From Podarcis pityusensis (Eukaryota), in the NCBI GenBank assembly GCA_964106645.2, contig OZ067044.1: 64,000 nt of DNA; one strand, 5' to 3'. Shown piece by piece: positions 50,929-64,000 of this stretch. Position 1 is the first letter of the stretch. Each line of letters starts with the position of its first letter. Below the pieces are notes generated by a model. That model ran no database searches and was not told the origin of the DNA. It saw only the letters and a program-made list of their open reading frames with translations. A program made the position numbers and the translations under genes.

Positions 50929-51689
50929 AGATGTGGGGTACATATATGAAAGTTGCTACCATGTTGAATAAACTAGTTGGCTTCCACTCAGCCACAAAGT
51001 AGGTCATCTAAATGTCAACCAAATTATGTACACTAGCTAAAATACTACTGAACAGCAATTAACTTTTGTGGTTCTTTATTGCCAAGCTGCTTGAAGTCAA
51101 TAGACTTCAAAAGCAGTTTAAGGGATTTGTTCAAAAATAACTAGAAGAACCTTGAGAGTCTAGATCTGTCCTATGGATCACAGCCAATGTATTTTGCAAA
51201 AAATAATATTGCAAAGTAGAAATCATTACACAGCTATCATTCTATTTTTCCCTTCTTTAGAAAAAAAGCCTATTAATCTGAATAGTTATGTAAGAATAGT
51301 AACTTACAAAAATATATTCCCAGACAGGAGACTGATTTTAAATTATTTGTTCAGCTATTATGAAACCTGATCTAACTCTATATACACACTGATGTAATGC
51401 AGTAAATATGAAAGACTGAAGTAGTTAAATGAGCTCATTCAAAAAAGGCCACATATTTTCTATTTTTATTGGAAATTATACTGATCACTTACAGCTTTAA
51501 AAATGTTGCTTTTGAGGTTCAGAGCAGATACTGAGAAAGATGTCATACGTTGTATGGTTTTCATGATATGGACTGAAAATAAAAATATCTATGTCCTGTC
51601 AGAGCAACAGTAGACCCAACTAATGAGTCCAAACATTTCACCAATGATAGATTTACACAACTAGGGCTATGGCTAAACTGTGGGAGTTC

Positions 51690-52090
51690 CACATTATGTT
51701 CTGCACACCTTTGGATTATACTGATCACGGTGGCCTTTCCAAATATTCATAATTCTCCCTGCTGACCTTGACACCACTCTTGGAGCAGCATGGATGTAGC
51801 CAGAACACCATGCTGTCCAGCTGAATAGGATCAGTTTCAGTGGGTGCAGCCTGATTAAGTACTTGGACAGATATAAGTAACTACCTGCATACTTTGCCAT
51901 CTCGCTATTGATGACTGATGGGGTGGATCAAGAAGTTTATTAATGTATCCTTGAGTATTCCCAGCTATCTTGAAGAATCAAGAAGGCTCTACTCCTTTGG
52001 TCTCTTTCCTGAGATTGTTCTGGTGTAAAAAACCAGGCCTGAAGACAGATTGAAATGGATCTAGATAATCCACCAATCATTTAAGCACCT
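51690..52090 (-). mobile_element. Degraded L2 RT fragment
   Basis: Minus strand reads DYLDPFQSVFRPGF and KYAGSYLYLS (degenerate YADD region). Confidence 0.7.
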
Positions 52091-55000
52091 TGTACAAGGT
52101 TCTCAGCTGTCCAGAGAGGACAACCTTCTTGGACAAGAGAGCTTGGTTCAGTACTGCAATACAAAGATAAAGTATTACTTGGGGCTGTAAGTAAGACTGA
52201 AATGGAGAACGGGTCTCTGGAGATTTAAAACCTCACTTCCACGAGTGTGGTACTTAGATTGGGTAAACTTTAACATTTACAGGTATTAATTTAAAATTGC
52301 AGATTTGGAATTGTGATCAATTTCAGTTATCCAAGAGGCAGTCAAGGCAAGATGACACTTTCTTTGTCTGAATTTAGTTCACCAGGCCCAGAAATTGGAG
52401 AACTAATCTATGGGAGCTGATGATGAGAACTGCTGCAATAGGAAATAGATACGATCCTTTTTCTACAAGGCAGCATCTTCCTTGGTAATTAGTAGATTTG
52501 GGTAAGATTAAAGTGAGCTGCTCAGTATGACATAACTACACTCTTAATAAAATAGCCTGCTGCTGGGAGGCAACACTGTAATATTGTAAAATCACTTGGC
52601 AGAACCACTGAAATGTTCATTTGACTCAGGGAGCGATCAAACAACAATGAACAGCCAAACAGAACTCAAAATGGTTTCATATAAAATTGAGCACCACTAT
52701 GGCATAGCTTATCTGAAAAAAAGTTTAATTGCAGCATTAACTTCTCAGAACAATATTATTTCGGGAGATAACAGTTTTGGAAACGAAACCACGGAGTGAA
52801 TGTACGGTAAAAGTATTTTGCAAACAACACCAGATGTTCTATTGGCTCCAGCGCATCAAGTGGCTGGAGATTTCATTTTGGTGGGAGGGGAGAGAGTGAG
52901 TATGTGGCTATGCTCCACGTGTGCCTGTGTCTGGCTGTGGTGCATGCATGTGAACACACTTGTGGTGTGTGCATGGCCACCACAACGGTTTCTCTGGTTT
53001 GCAAGTGTGCCCAAGGGCCCAAAAGGGCTGGCACCCCTGGTTTAATCACAAAATTAAAGCACGACCAGAGCAGAGGACGGAGTTCAAGATTGCCCCTGAA
53101 TGGAACTCAGACACCAAACTCTCCATAAATACAAGCTTGATCTAAGGAAGGCTGCAAAAGCAGACAGCAGGAATCAGATAGAAGTCTGACATCCACACAA
53201 AACGGGTCATGGTCCTGAGGCGTCATTTCCATAAATTGTCTCTAATACTGAAACATGTGGAAGAGCAAATTAGGAAATGAGCGCAAGAGAAAACAAGCTG
53301 GATAGGTCAGAAGCATTTTGAAGCGTTTTGGTTTGGAGTTTGTCTTTTTTACTGCTGATACGATGTATACTTTTGTTCCATGCAGGAAACAATTCTTGCT
53401 GCCTGGATTTTTAGTTTCTCCCCGCAAATCACTTCTGTACTTTGCCTCGTGGCTTTACTGTTTAATCACAATCTTTGGTATATTCTGGGAACTAGTAATT
53501 AATTAATTTATAACCCACCCTTCCTCCCAAAGGAGCCAAGGGCAACAAACACACAAGCAATAAAAGAATTAAAACATCCAAAAACAATTCCAATACAGAT
53601 GCCAACTGGGAAAGATTGCTATACTAATTTGTTATTTCAAAACTGGCAAAGAACAAAACAAATAAACACTAGAATGGGCAACACAATAAAATACTTGATC
53701 TATTGTACTGCTGCACACTGCACCTGGGGATGCTTGTTTCATATGACTACTGCAACATTCTGGCCACTTTTACTCCACCTATCTCCTGATTTACGCCTCT
53801 TAAACCTTTCTCTTTCTCTTTCCTTTATAGAAAAAAAGGCATGGAATATGAACATTATCTGTAGGAAAAGAGCCATAATACCTGCCACGAGAAATGGCCA
53901 TTCGGTACTATGACTTTCCTCAAACCAGCCAGCTTAACATCACCAGATGACTCCTCCTCAAACTGTTCCTTTCGAAAACCCAATATCCATTGTAACTGTG
54001 ATTGTCAAAAAGTACGAGCACAACTCTAGGGATCATAAGTAGCCTATTAATTAGAACTATATAGCTTGCAAACAAAACAAAAAAAAACTAAAACAAAATA
54101 ACAATAACAGACTAAAATCATGACAAGAAGTCAATGGATGCTTTGCTTTCGTTTGCATTATTGAGAGCTTCAGAGCAGGCAGGACCGGCACGTGCATCAA
54201 TGTGGCTGATTGGGCAATGGGTTTGTCACTTGCCTTTGCTTTCAAGGCGCATGCCCCTCCCCTTATCCTCTAGCAGCTGATTTGGCCTCTTTCTGATGTA
54301 CCTTTTAAAATTGCTTTTCAAAGCTCAGGGGAGCTGCTTATGCAAGTTGCTCTGGCATGACTGAAAGATTGTTTAAATGACCCAGCAACATGAGTAAGAG
54401 CTAGTTACCTGGAAGGGCTGGGCTGAATCCATGGGAAAGACCCCTGCCCATAATGTTGAGTAATTGTAAAACTTCCTCCTAGTTGGTTATGGGTAAGCAG
54501 TTAAGTGTAGCTTTAAACACAAACAAGCTGTTTGAGGATTTAAAAAGGGAAAAGAATAAAGGTGGCAAGCCTTTATTGGGAGTAGGCCCACTTCATTAAC
54601 TAGGACTTCTAAGTAGATATGGCTAGGATTGCAATGAAAATAGTTCTCTGGGCAGCTAAGGAGGCTGACTAAGTAAAGTATTTACAGATAACTTAAAAAC
54701 CTATTAGAAGTATTTTAAGGAAAACAATATTCTAGGATTCGGTGATTAAGTATGTAAGGGATAAGATTAATGTGGATGTTAACGAGAAAGAGACCTTGAA
54801 CAAATTAATAAAATAGAAGACTGGAAGAGTTTTTTTACTAGTGTTTATTATACTAAATACTGCTTGATGAAATGGGTGTTTTGGTAAGTTTGTTAAATCA
54901 TAAAGAAGAGTAACAAGACTCTTATTTTCTCTCTCTCAGATTCATACTTGTAAGTGGGAGGCCTTAACAGGATCATCTGGTTTTTCTTCTTCTAGAAAGC

Positions 55001-57840
55001 TCTTATATATTATGAGAAAAGATTGCATTGGCTCAATAAAGTGGCTGAAAAAAAGAGATAGGTGTTGCTGCCACAGAATATATTATGATTTCTCAGAAAA
55101 ACCTTCGAAGTTTTGCATGCTTTTTTGTTTGCTTTTAGTACAATAAAAAACATGCAATAAGATACGAAGCTGTTGTAAGAAAAGCAGAATGTTAAAAAAA
55201 GCCAACATAATTGAATAAAGAAGTTGAGAGAGGGAAAAATTATTTCTAGCACAAGGCTGATGCAGTCCAGCAGCAGAAGTTTCCAGTGCCTGCAGCTGTC
55301 TGACTTGCTGGTTTCCATCACCATTGCTTGATGTTTGTCCCCTGTGTAATGAGGAGGTAGCATATCAGATTCCTGCAGATGCTGGCAACGGAAAGCAAAG
55401 CTTTGACATCCTGTCACAAGGATGACAGGACAAAATGGCCTGCACTAAACAACAGTTCGAGCAGGGTAATTTGATGTATCGAGTTCTTAAGCTTCTCAGA
55501 TGCTGAAGTCAGCTTGGCATGCAAGATAAGGGTGGAACGTTTACTTTGCTGGATAGCCTGGTGTTATGCAGAACTAAAGAAGAAGGAATTAAAACTCTGT
55601 AGGGAAACCTGGGGAATCTGAAAATATGCTTTCCCTAGCCTCTTCTTATCAAGCAATATCAAAAAAATAAAGAGATACTTCATTTATTTGTTAAGCAGCT
55701 GGGAGTAATGTTGTTACTCTGTTGTGCTTCTCTGAGATTTTTTTCAATCTATTGGTTTTGCCAGTTTTATTTTAGTGTTTCATTCATTGCACTGCATTTT
55801 AAAATTTCCTTTTTAACTGTTAAGCTGCCCTGGAGACATGGAGAGTTGCAATGTAGGGTGTAAATGTAGATAAATAATTCACTCTTTCAGTTTCCATGTG
55901 TTGCAAGTTATTTAATGTTCATTAACTTTTATAAACAAATTCTGTAACCTTATATCAAAACCTATTTTCACATTTCCCCCGATTTTATAGAAATATAGAT
56001 GGTCTGTAACCTTAACTTACCACTAACAATACCACAATCACCACCCTTTCCCTCTCACAAACACATCATTTCTTCTCAATATTATGAGGTTTCCTTTCCA
56101 TCCTATTCTGAGATTTATAGCGGAAATCTACACGTGCATTTATGTGTGAGAGAGAGATGGGGGGGGGGGAGGGAAAGGAGAGATAACATTTTGAGTACGC
56201 TAACACTTCTCTCTTCTTATCCAAGGGCCATTTCATGAGTTACGAAGTTTAGTGTGGTATATGTGAGGCACGTGAAATGTTGAACATACATACATATTTG
56301 TGTATTGCGGAGAAATCATCTTATTTCTTGAGATTTCCAATGGGAGACACAGCTTTATAAGCAATCATATAGGACAGGGTGGCTGTTAGGGCTGCAGACC
56401 TGTCAGTCACCTGACATAATCATGACATTGCCATCAATGTCAAGAAAAGAACTGGGAACACACTCTGCGTGAACTTCCTATTCTTCCTTTACAGCTCAGC
56501 TTCGACGCCCTAGTGCAGCCAATCCTAGCGGGGCTTGCTCGAAGCATTAAATTTAGCCCAAAGGCCAGAGGTTTCCCACTGACGATGTAGGACAAAGATC
56601 AGCTCTAAGGCCAAACTTGGCCCTCTGAATAGCAACTGCTTGCTTTCATGCAATTGCTAACCCAGAGACAAAAGAGGTGTTTGTGACTGAAGCAGGAGTA
56701 GTAGCTACTGGAGCAAAATTCGCGGGCAGTCCACACTGGGAGATAGGTAGCGCTCCACACCTCCCTCCAAGTGCCCCCCCTCAAAGTAGCTGCTGAGCAA
56801 GCATGGAGAAAACTTGCACACAGAAATCCCTAGAGCATTCAGAACGGTAGGATGCAAACCTGCCTCATACTTCCTCAGGCTTGAACTAGACATTACAGCA
56901 AACACAAAGCTGCCATCCAAAACAGCCATCCATTTTTCTTTCCTCCCCTTTGGCTTGTAACATCTAGGGATGCTGAACGCATAACATGTCACCACATGAT
57001 AATTTTCCCTGCCCTGGCAAGGGGCAGCGAATGATGCGTAGTGGCTGGGGGAAACGTGCAGCCTGATGACATCATACTTGAATATGACTAGACATTACAA
57101 GGGAGAACGGAGGAGACAACAGAGGGCTGATGTTTTCTGCATCAGACTCGTGGTTGCCATAACATCAAATTCCAACCCAAGTCTTGTTTGTAAATCAAGA
57201 TTCTATTCAATAGACTGAAATCCTCGCTTCTCTCATGTTGAAATAAACTAACTGCAATGCAACTTCCAAATGGAAACTAAGACCAACCACAGTAGGATAG
57301 GTCTTAACACTATAAATGATTTTGTGTTGTCATTTGGGAAACTAATCAGCCCTCCAAACCTAAAGAAGTTGAATTCCTGCTTTCACAATCATGATATTTT
57401 GGATGAAGAAGATGTAGATAACACATAGTAATTTTTTTTTTAAGGGACTAGGCTTACATAGGCATATTTTATTTTCTTTATTTCCAGTGTATGACTGGAT
57501 CCCATTGCAGAACATTGCCAGTGAAATAGAACATTTACTCTGAACACTGTGGTGCATGACAATAAATTTCACACCTCATTAGCCAAGGAAACCTTAAACT
57601 TTTTATCAATGCTTGGTGGATTGATATTCATGACAGATTTCTTTCATCACCTCAATTTAAGATTCCATGGTTGGAAAAATTACTCACTACAAGAAAATTC
57701 TGGTGCATGCTGTATTAATTCAAACTACATAAGAGGCAGCCACAGGGATGATATAACAGACTTGGAAAACTCCCACACCCTGCATTTGCCAATTTAAGAT
57801 CCTTTACAAAGCATCACAGTGATGTCTTCCCTCTATCTTA

Positions 57841-57969
57841 AGGTTACCAGACATCCCCGTTTCCCCGGGACAGTCCCTGGATTTACAAATCAGTCCCCTG
57901 ACAAAATCCTATCATTCCTATTGAAGTTGAAAAGTGTCCCCAGATTCACTGAAAAAAATCTGGTAACCT
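57841..57969. mobile_element. PIF/Harbinger-like MITE
   Basis: Perfect 11-bp TIR aggttaccaga / tctggtaacct flanked by TA, with internal gtccc repeats. Confidence 0.8.
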
Positions 57970-60900
57970 TACCCTATCTCCCAAACCAACTAATAATAAC
58001 CCCCCTCAATATTTTTCCAGGTCAGCAGTATTGATTATGTTGCTGTGCTATGCTACTAACAGTCCAAGAGGGAGATTTTGTCATACAGAGCTAGAGAAGC
58101 TACTAATACAGTGAAATGAATTTTTTCAAGGCTTATGACCTTATCCCAAGAGTCAGCTTTGGCTGCAGCAGGAGCATAGATGCATCCACTGCTAATATAG
58201 CTCTGTCCCACTTGCTTACTATTGTTGTTATTATTATTTTTTATACCACCGTTCTATTATACTGAGAAATGCATGGGAAATCAGGGACGTGGTCTCAAAT
58301 ATTGGTAAAATATGATACTTATAAATTGTTCTCAGAGACAGAAAATTCCATATATATATGGTGCAAATATCATTCATAACATTTAATTATGCAGTTTCCT
58401 CCACCTGAATCTGTTTCTTTTCATTCTACAAATTTCTACTACGAGCATTCTGTAGTGTCATCTACAGCCACAGAAAAAGACCAGTTTGAGAAACATGGCC
58501 TGTGGTATTACATACCCTTCTTCTACTCAAGGCAATGGTAGCATGTCCAAAAGGAGGTCTAAATTTACAAGAGTATTATTTCTTCAGGCAAAAAGCCTGC
58601 AAGGGTAGCGGTTACAAACAATGACTGCAAGTAATTAAAAATGTATACACTGGACTCTGTAGGGGCTCATTCCATTCCACACTATTCAATGAGGACATCT
58701 AACTGAGGAAATGGAACGAGCTATTTAAAAAGAGAGAGAATGAATTCTTTCTGTATCTTCCTGAAAGATCTGCAGTGGGTTATTGTAACACGAACCATTT
58801 TAGTCTGCCTTGATCAGACAGCAAGACCACCATTGCTGCAGCCTGATAAATCTTGGTCATTTACCTGACTATCATGCTCAGTGGTATTATAGAAGAATGG
58901 AGAAAACTGATAAGCAGCAAAGGCCATTTGAGAACGCTGGGTAACACATTAACAAAAGCCTGTATGAAAGATTAAGGTAGCTTAATACAAACTACTTGGA
59001 GCTTACAAAATGGACCGGAATTGTTATGGTACCATTATTTTAACAGCTCCTGGTGCTAACACAAGCCTTTTCCAGAGATATTTAACTTAAAAGGGTAGAA
59101 AAAAAGCTATTTTCTCTTGTCAATTTTTATGGTGAAAATGATAGTTGAGGTCCTTGGTTGGGCAATGGGAGCTGGGGGGGACACACCACATGTTACAAGC
59201 AAGGAAAAATGGCAGCTTTCTTATCATAAATATAATCTGTAGACTGAAGCTTTTACATTAAGACCACCAAAAAATATTTTTTCCACATCCTTTTTGGCTT
59301 TTGTGTATTTTGTTTTGTTTTGTTTTGCACAACTTCAGATCTCAAGAAGAATTCTGATAAACATAAAAACTTGCATATTGTGAAGCAGGTCTTCATAAAA
59401 CTGTTATGCTACTATTTCAGTAGATCCTCATAAAGCTATTGTGCTATTGTTGGTTTTGAATTTCTTTCTACTAACATCCACTAAATTTTTTGATTATAAT
59501 GTTTAATCTTAAAAGCACTGGGTTCAGACACCATGGGAAACCATGGTTTCACAGACCATGGATGAGCCACAGTGAGTTTTTGGGTTACACATTCTCCCCC
59601 CGCCCTTTTCTGTAAGCTATGAAGAGATAGCTGACAACCAAGTAATGAACACTTAGCTCACAGCAAGCAGTGCCAATTTTCTGATATTGTGAATTGTCCC
59701 CATGGGACTAGGAATACTAATCTTTAACATTTAAACTTGAGAAAACTGATGCTACATTCTTCATCACACATGGACTACTGAACTAAATTAACAGTGATGT
59801 AGCACAGGTAACAGAATAACACTCAAAGTGCCATACATATATTTGTAAGAGAGCCTAATCAATTGCAATGGAACTGATGTAAACTGTAATTTCCAAAGGT
59901 ACTTTTTAAAAAAAGCCCTCCCTCATTGGGTTGGATATAACTGTATCAGACGGTAACCTACCTAGTAGTGGAATTGCATTTATTTAAAATAAAATATTTA
60001 GGATTTATATATTTTGAGCTGTTAACACAAAAATTTCACCACAACATGGCCAAAACAAGCTTATGTAAAAATGGGAACAGTCTAAATGAAAGGACATACC
60101 AATATTTTAATTGTAATATGCTGCAGTGGTACAATAAAAAATGATAAATATTAATATTCGATTATAAATGAGAAAACACATTGTTTGAAAAAGTAAACAA
60201 CAGTCTTCCTCCACACCTCCTCCAAACACTGAAAACAATTTTGTGATATTTTGTTGAAAAACTGTTCTTAGTTTTTAAAAAAAGGAATATTAGCTCCCAG
60301 AACATGTATTTAGAAATGTTCTAATTAAAGTTACTTATACAACAATAACAACACAAGAGAAACAAGTTCAACATTTGCTTGCATATCTTTTGAAATGAAC
60401 CTGCAAACCTTTCTTCTTCAATGACCTACAAATTAATATCAACAGTTTTTTCTTTGCAATTAAAATATTTATCAGTGCTGTGTCTTCATCTTATTAGAGA
60501 CAGCAACAATGATTTCAAAACGGTCCCACAAACTCTGTCCTGACAGCATTCCTATCTTGAGCAGCTCTAATATGGAAATCCAGGTATAAATTCAGGTAAT
60601 GAAAGCAGTCTAAAATGTCACATTATTATGAGAGCCTACATCACTTCTCAGATACTGTATTGTTAATCAGTCAAAAGGCTATCCTTATGACAGTAATTTT
60701 GGCCCGATACATGCCCCCAAGCAAAGACAAACCCCAAAACTAAATTTCATATTGTTTTGACAGCTTTAGCAGTGAAATAGGCCAATTCTTTTCTATAATG
60801 CTCTCTAGGAGGCAGCAGCTGACTCAGTATTTGACAATAAATAAAATGTTTATAGAACAACAAGGAAAGGAAAGGTGACAATATATTCTGCTGTGCTTGA

Positions 60901-61204
60901 GGGGGCAATTAGCAAATGATTTTTAAAAAGCAGATATGGTGGATCAGCTGCACAAGTACACACAGAACTTAATCTGAGTCAGAGCTCATTCTCACAACTT
61001 TTCAATGTAACGGATGAGCTCTGGAACATGCGCCTGTCACTGGTTCTGTCTCCATCTACTTCTACTTGCCTTCCACCTTACCAGTCCCAAAGTGCACCAG
61101 CCACCATAGGAACTAGTGGTGAAGAATACTTCTGATCCAAGTATCATCTGTTAAAAATATATTTATAGAAGTGACTTTGCAATACCATTAAACCTGAGAT
61201 AAAG

Positions 61205-61287
61205 TGAAGGAGGAGGAGGAGGGGAAGAAGAAGAAGAAGTAGTAGTAGTAGTAGTAGAAGAAGAAGAAGAAGAAGAAGATGATGATA
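61205..61287. repeat. Compound trinucleotide microsatellite (GGA)n(GAA)n(GTA)n(GAA)n(GAT)n, probably an L2 tail
   Basis: Read directly. Followed by L2-like 3' sequence on the minus strand. Confidence 0.9.
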
Positions 61288-61350
61288 AAGCCCCTTCCTT
61301 CATATCCCAGAGAGCTAGTCTCAGGGTTGCAGGCAGATCACCAAGATGTA

Positions 61351-61609
61351 CCGTATTTTTCGCTCTATAAGATGCACCAGACCACAAGACGCACCTAGTT
61401 TTTGGAGGAGGAAAACAAGAAAAAAAATATTCTGAATCTCAGAAGCCAGAACAGCAAGAGGGATCGCTGCGCAGTGAAAGCAGCAATCCCTCTTGCTGTT
61501 CTGGCTTCTGAGATAGCTGCGCAGCCTGCATTCGCTCCATAAGACGCACACCGTTTCCCCTTACTTTTTAGGAGGGAAAAAGTGAGTCTTATAGAGCAAA
61601 AAAATATGG
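61351..61609. mobile_element. pogo/Tigger-like MITE with a long internal inverted repeat
   Basis: TIRs ccgtatttttcgctctataaga / tcttatagagcaaaaaaatatgg, with 35-bp internal arms at 61436-61470 and 61480-61514. Confidence 0.88.
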
Positions 61610-62603
61610 AAAGCCAGGCAACAGTCTGACATTGTAATCCTAATAAGTAGAGCAGGTAAAGTAGAATGACAAATATGTAATCTTCTCCACTGCATGTTGT
61701 TTATAATTTAACTTAATTAGCTGGACTATATCTATCCCTTCATACTCTTCCCCCCAAGTATTCATTAACAAGTATTTCCAACTGTGCAAGATATTACCAT
61801 CTTTTTCAAGGTGCAGATGGTGTTAAAATGCAATCTAAAAATATGATTGAAATTGCAAAACTGAGCACCCCAAGTTCATTTAAAAAGGGGGGCAAACAAG
61901 GAAGCTTATTTGGGGTTAATTAGTTTGTATTTTATCCAGCCCTCAATTAAAATAAAGACTCCTGTTCTCTGCTGTAATTCTGAAAGAATACTTAGCTTTA
62001 ACAGACCTTCCTGAATAACCCCATGAGAAGCAGGAATTAGTTAAACATTACCATTCCTGTCAACATGTTCTTTTGCCTAAAGATCCCAGTTGCCTTCCTG
62101 ATTACACTTAGATTTTTCAATGTATGAAAGAAATCCATACTTCCAAAAATTACTTAGAATGGGGTTTCACAAAGGCGGCACATGATGAGAACAAGCTGAA
62201 GGAAATTACAATGGATTGGCAGGCCTACCCATCTGACTGAGAACATAAGAATGAGAAACGCAGTGACAATAGAGCAACAGAAGATAGCAGACATAAACAC
62301 ATTACAGCAGGATGGTACCCTCCTGATATATTGGAATCACAGTACCTAGGACAACACTGAATCTCTACAAACCAAGTCCAAATAGGAACAGAGGAACTGC
62401 TATGGAACAGTGCAGCAGGCAGTGTCCACACAGAAGAACACTGTGCAAACTCAACTTTTCTATGCATGACACGTGTTTGCAAAGTATTGTTTCTTGCATT
62501 TCTGGTTTAACACTAAAGCACCGAACCTACTACTAATATTTGTTGTGTTCACTTATCACCAGAGATGTGCTAGGCAGTGTAAAAAGGAAAACTAGTAGCT
62601 TTA

Positions 62604-63003
62604 AAGAAGGCTGATCGCCGAAGAATTGATGCTTTTGAATTATGGTGCTGGAGGAGACTCTTGAGAGTCTCATGGACTGCAAGAAGATCAAACCTATCCA
62701 TTCTTAAGGAAATCAGCCCTGAGTGCTCACTGGAAGGACAGATCGTGAAGCTGAGGCTCCAATACTTTGGCCACCACATGAGAAGAGAAGACTCCCTGGA
62801 AAAGACCCTGATGCTGGGAAAGATGGAGGGCACAAGGAGAAGGGGACGACAGAGGACGAGATGGTTGGATAGAGTTCTCGATGCTACCAGCATGAGTTTG
62901 ACCAAACTGCGGGAGGCAGTGGAAGACGGAAGTGCCTGGCGTGCTCTGGTCCATGGGGTCACGAAGAGTCGGACATGACTAAACGACTAAACAACAACAA
63001 CAA
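62604..63003 (+). mobile_element. BovB (RTE) LINE, 5'-truncated
   Basis: Encodes KKADRRRIDAFELWCWRRLLRVSWTARRSNLSILKEISP..., with a (caa)n tail and 10-bp TSD agtagcttta. Confidence 0.96.
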
Positions 63004-64000
63004 AGTAGCTTTAGGGCATTCAATTGGGGAATCATTTCAGCCAACAAGAAAGCACTACTTTTGAAGACAAAGGAGAAGAATCATTCAGTTTGTCTTTATT
63101 TCAGCTGTAGTTCTCCTATTATAAGTACGAGATCAACGGTAAAAATTCTCATCTTTTAAAAAACTTAAACTCCTAGAAGGCCAAAAAATGAGGCCTAAAT
63201 ATAAAAAGGAAATTGATATGAGGAATTAGGCCTGATTCAGAAACCACTGTAGTATAAGCTACTATCGAGTAAGATGAAAAAGAGCTGTCAGAAACATGTA
63301 AGGCAGGAGCAGGGGGAGTCCAGACTGGCCACTTGCACATCCACAAAAAGAAAGGGGGAAAAGAGGAGAATGTTTTTAATAAATTTGTATATGCATAGCT
63401 GTAAATTTAGGAGTGATTACTATACATTTCACAGCAGTGAGAAAGAATGTGATCAGGTGTCCCAGTTGTTATATAACATTAATCTCAATATTATATGTGC
63501 ATTTGAACTTCCTTCTATTTTTCAAAGACCAGTTAAGTTTTATTCATTTCACAACCTAATAACATCCATTAGTGTGCAGTGTTAACATTAAGAAGCACAT
63601 TAACTACATAGCAATAGAATTACGATAAAGATAAAACCTATTATTTAAAAAAAAATCTACTGCAATACCATACTTGCACACAGAAATCTGCTGCTGGGTT
63701 ATAAGTGCTCCACTCAAGTCCCTTGATTGGAATTTGGAAATTATTCAGATTATTGCAGAGGGTAAATCCAACCATCTTGCACCTCCCATTGAAATACATG
63801 GGGGCTATGAAGGAGCATGCTTAGTAGACGTTAGTTCAAGTAATGTATACTCAAGGTCAAATTATGTAAAACCCAAGTGTTCTCTGTGTCACATATGATT
63901 CTGTAAAACAAACACTGTGCAGCAGCAGGGTTTGAGAGTGAAAAGGCAAATTCATTTTAATGAGCTGAGGTTGAAGGTTTGTGTTTTACCATTAAAATAT

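Noticed and set aside
41578-64000. Next upstream CDKAL1 exon (KKQRTKDLS...YDHK)
   Set aside because: Not found by eye. It probably lies beyond the window because this intron is very long in other amniotes.
1-64000. CRISPR arrays, rRNA genes, operon-like or prokaryotic systems
   Set aside because: None seen. The window is vertebrate intronic and intergenic DNA, and its short repeats are microsatellites or TE subterminal repeats.

Overview
Vertebrate genomic DNA from a squamate reptile, probably a lacertid-type lizard (inferred from Sauria SINEs, young BovB LINE ends, Squam3-like SINEs and lizard-type MITEs). The only protein-coding gene I can support is the 3' end of CDKAL1 (tRNA-Lys ms2t6A37 methylthiotransferase) on the minus strand. 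Three phase-0 coding exons are present: 41494-41577, 40669-40833 and 27399-27590, encoding the TRAM domain and the C-terminal transmembrane anchor. Positions above 41577 are the long upstream intron. Positions below about 27000 are downstream intergenic DNA, which in other amniotes is the gene desert leading to SOX4. The rest is nested transposable elements (L2, L1, CR1, BovB, SINEs, hAT/mariner/pogo/Harbinger MITEs, solo LTRs), microsatellites and several repeat-poor, motif-dense stretches that may be enhancers. I found no convincing new protein-coding system. The best leads are a near-perfect pre-miRNA-sized hairpin inside an intronic MITE, a sense-strand solo LTR with poly(A) signals just upstream of the membrane-anchor exon, an inverted pair of ~97% identical BovB copies in one intron, and acidic reading frames at the start of three LTR-like elements. 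All calls were made by eye, with no database searches.
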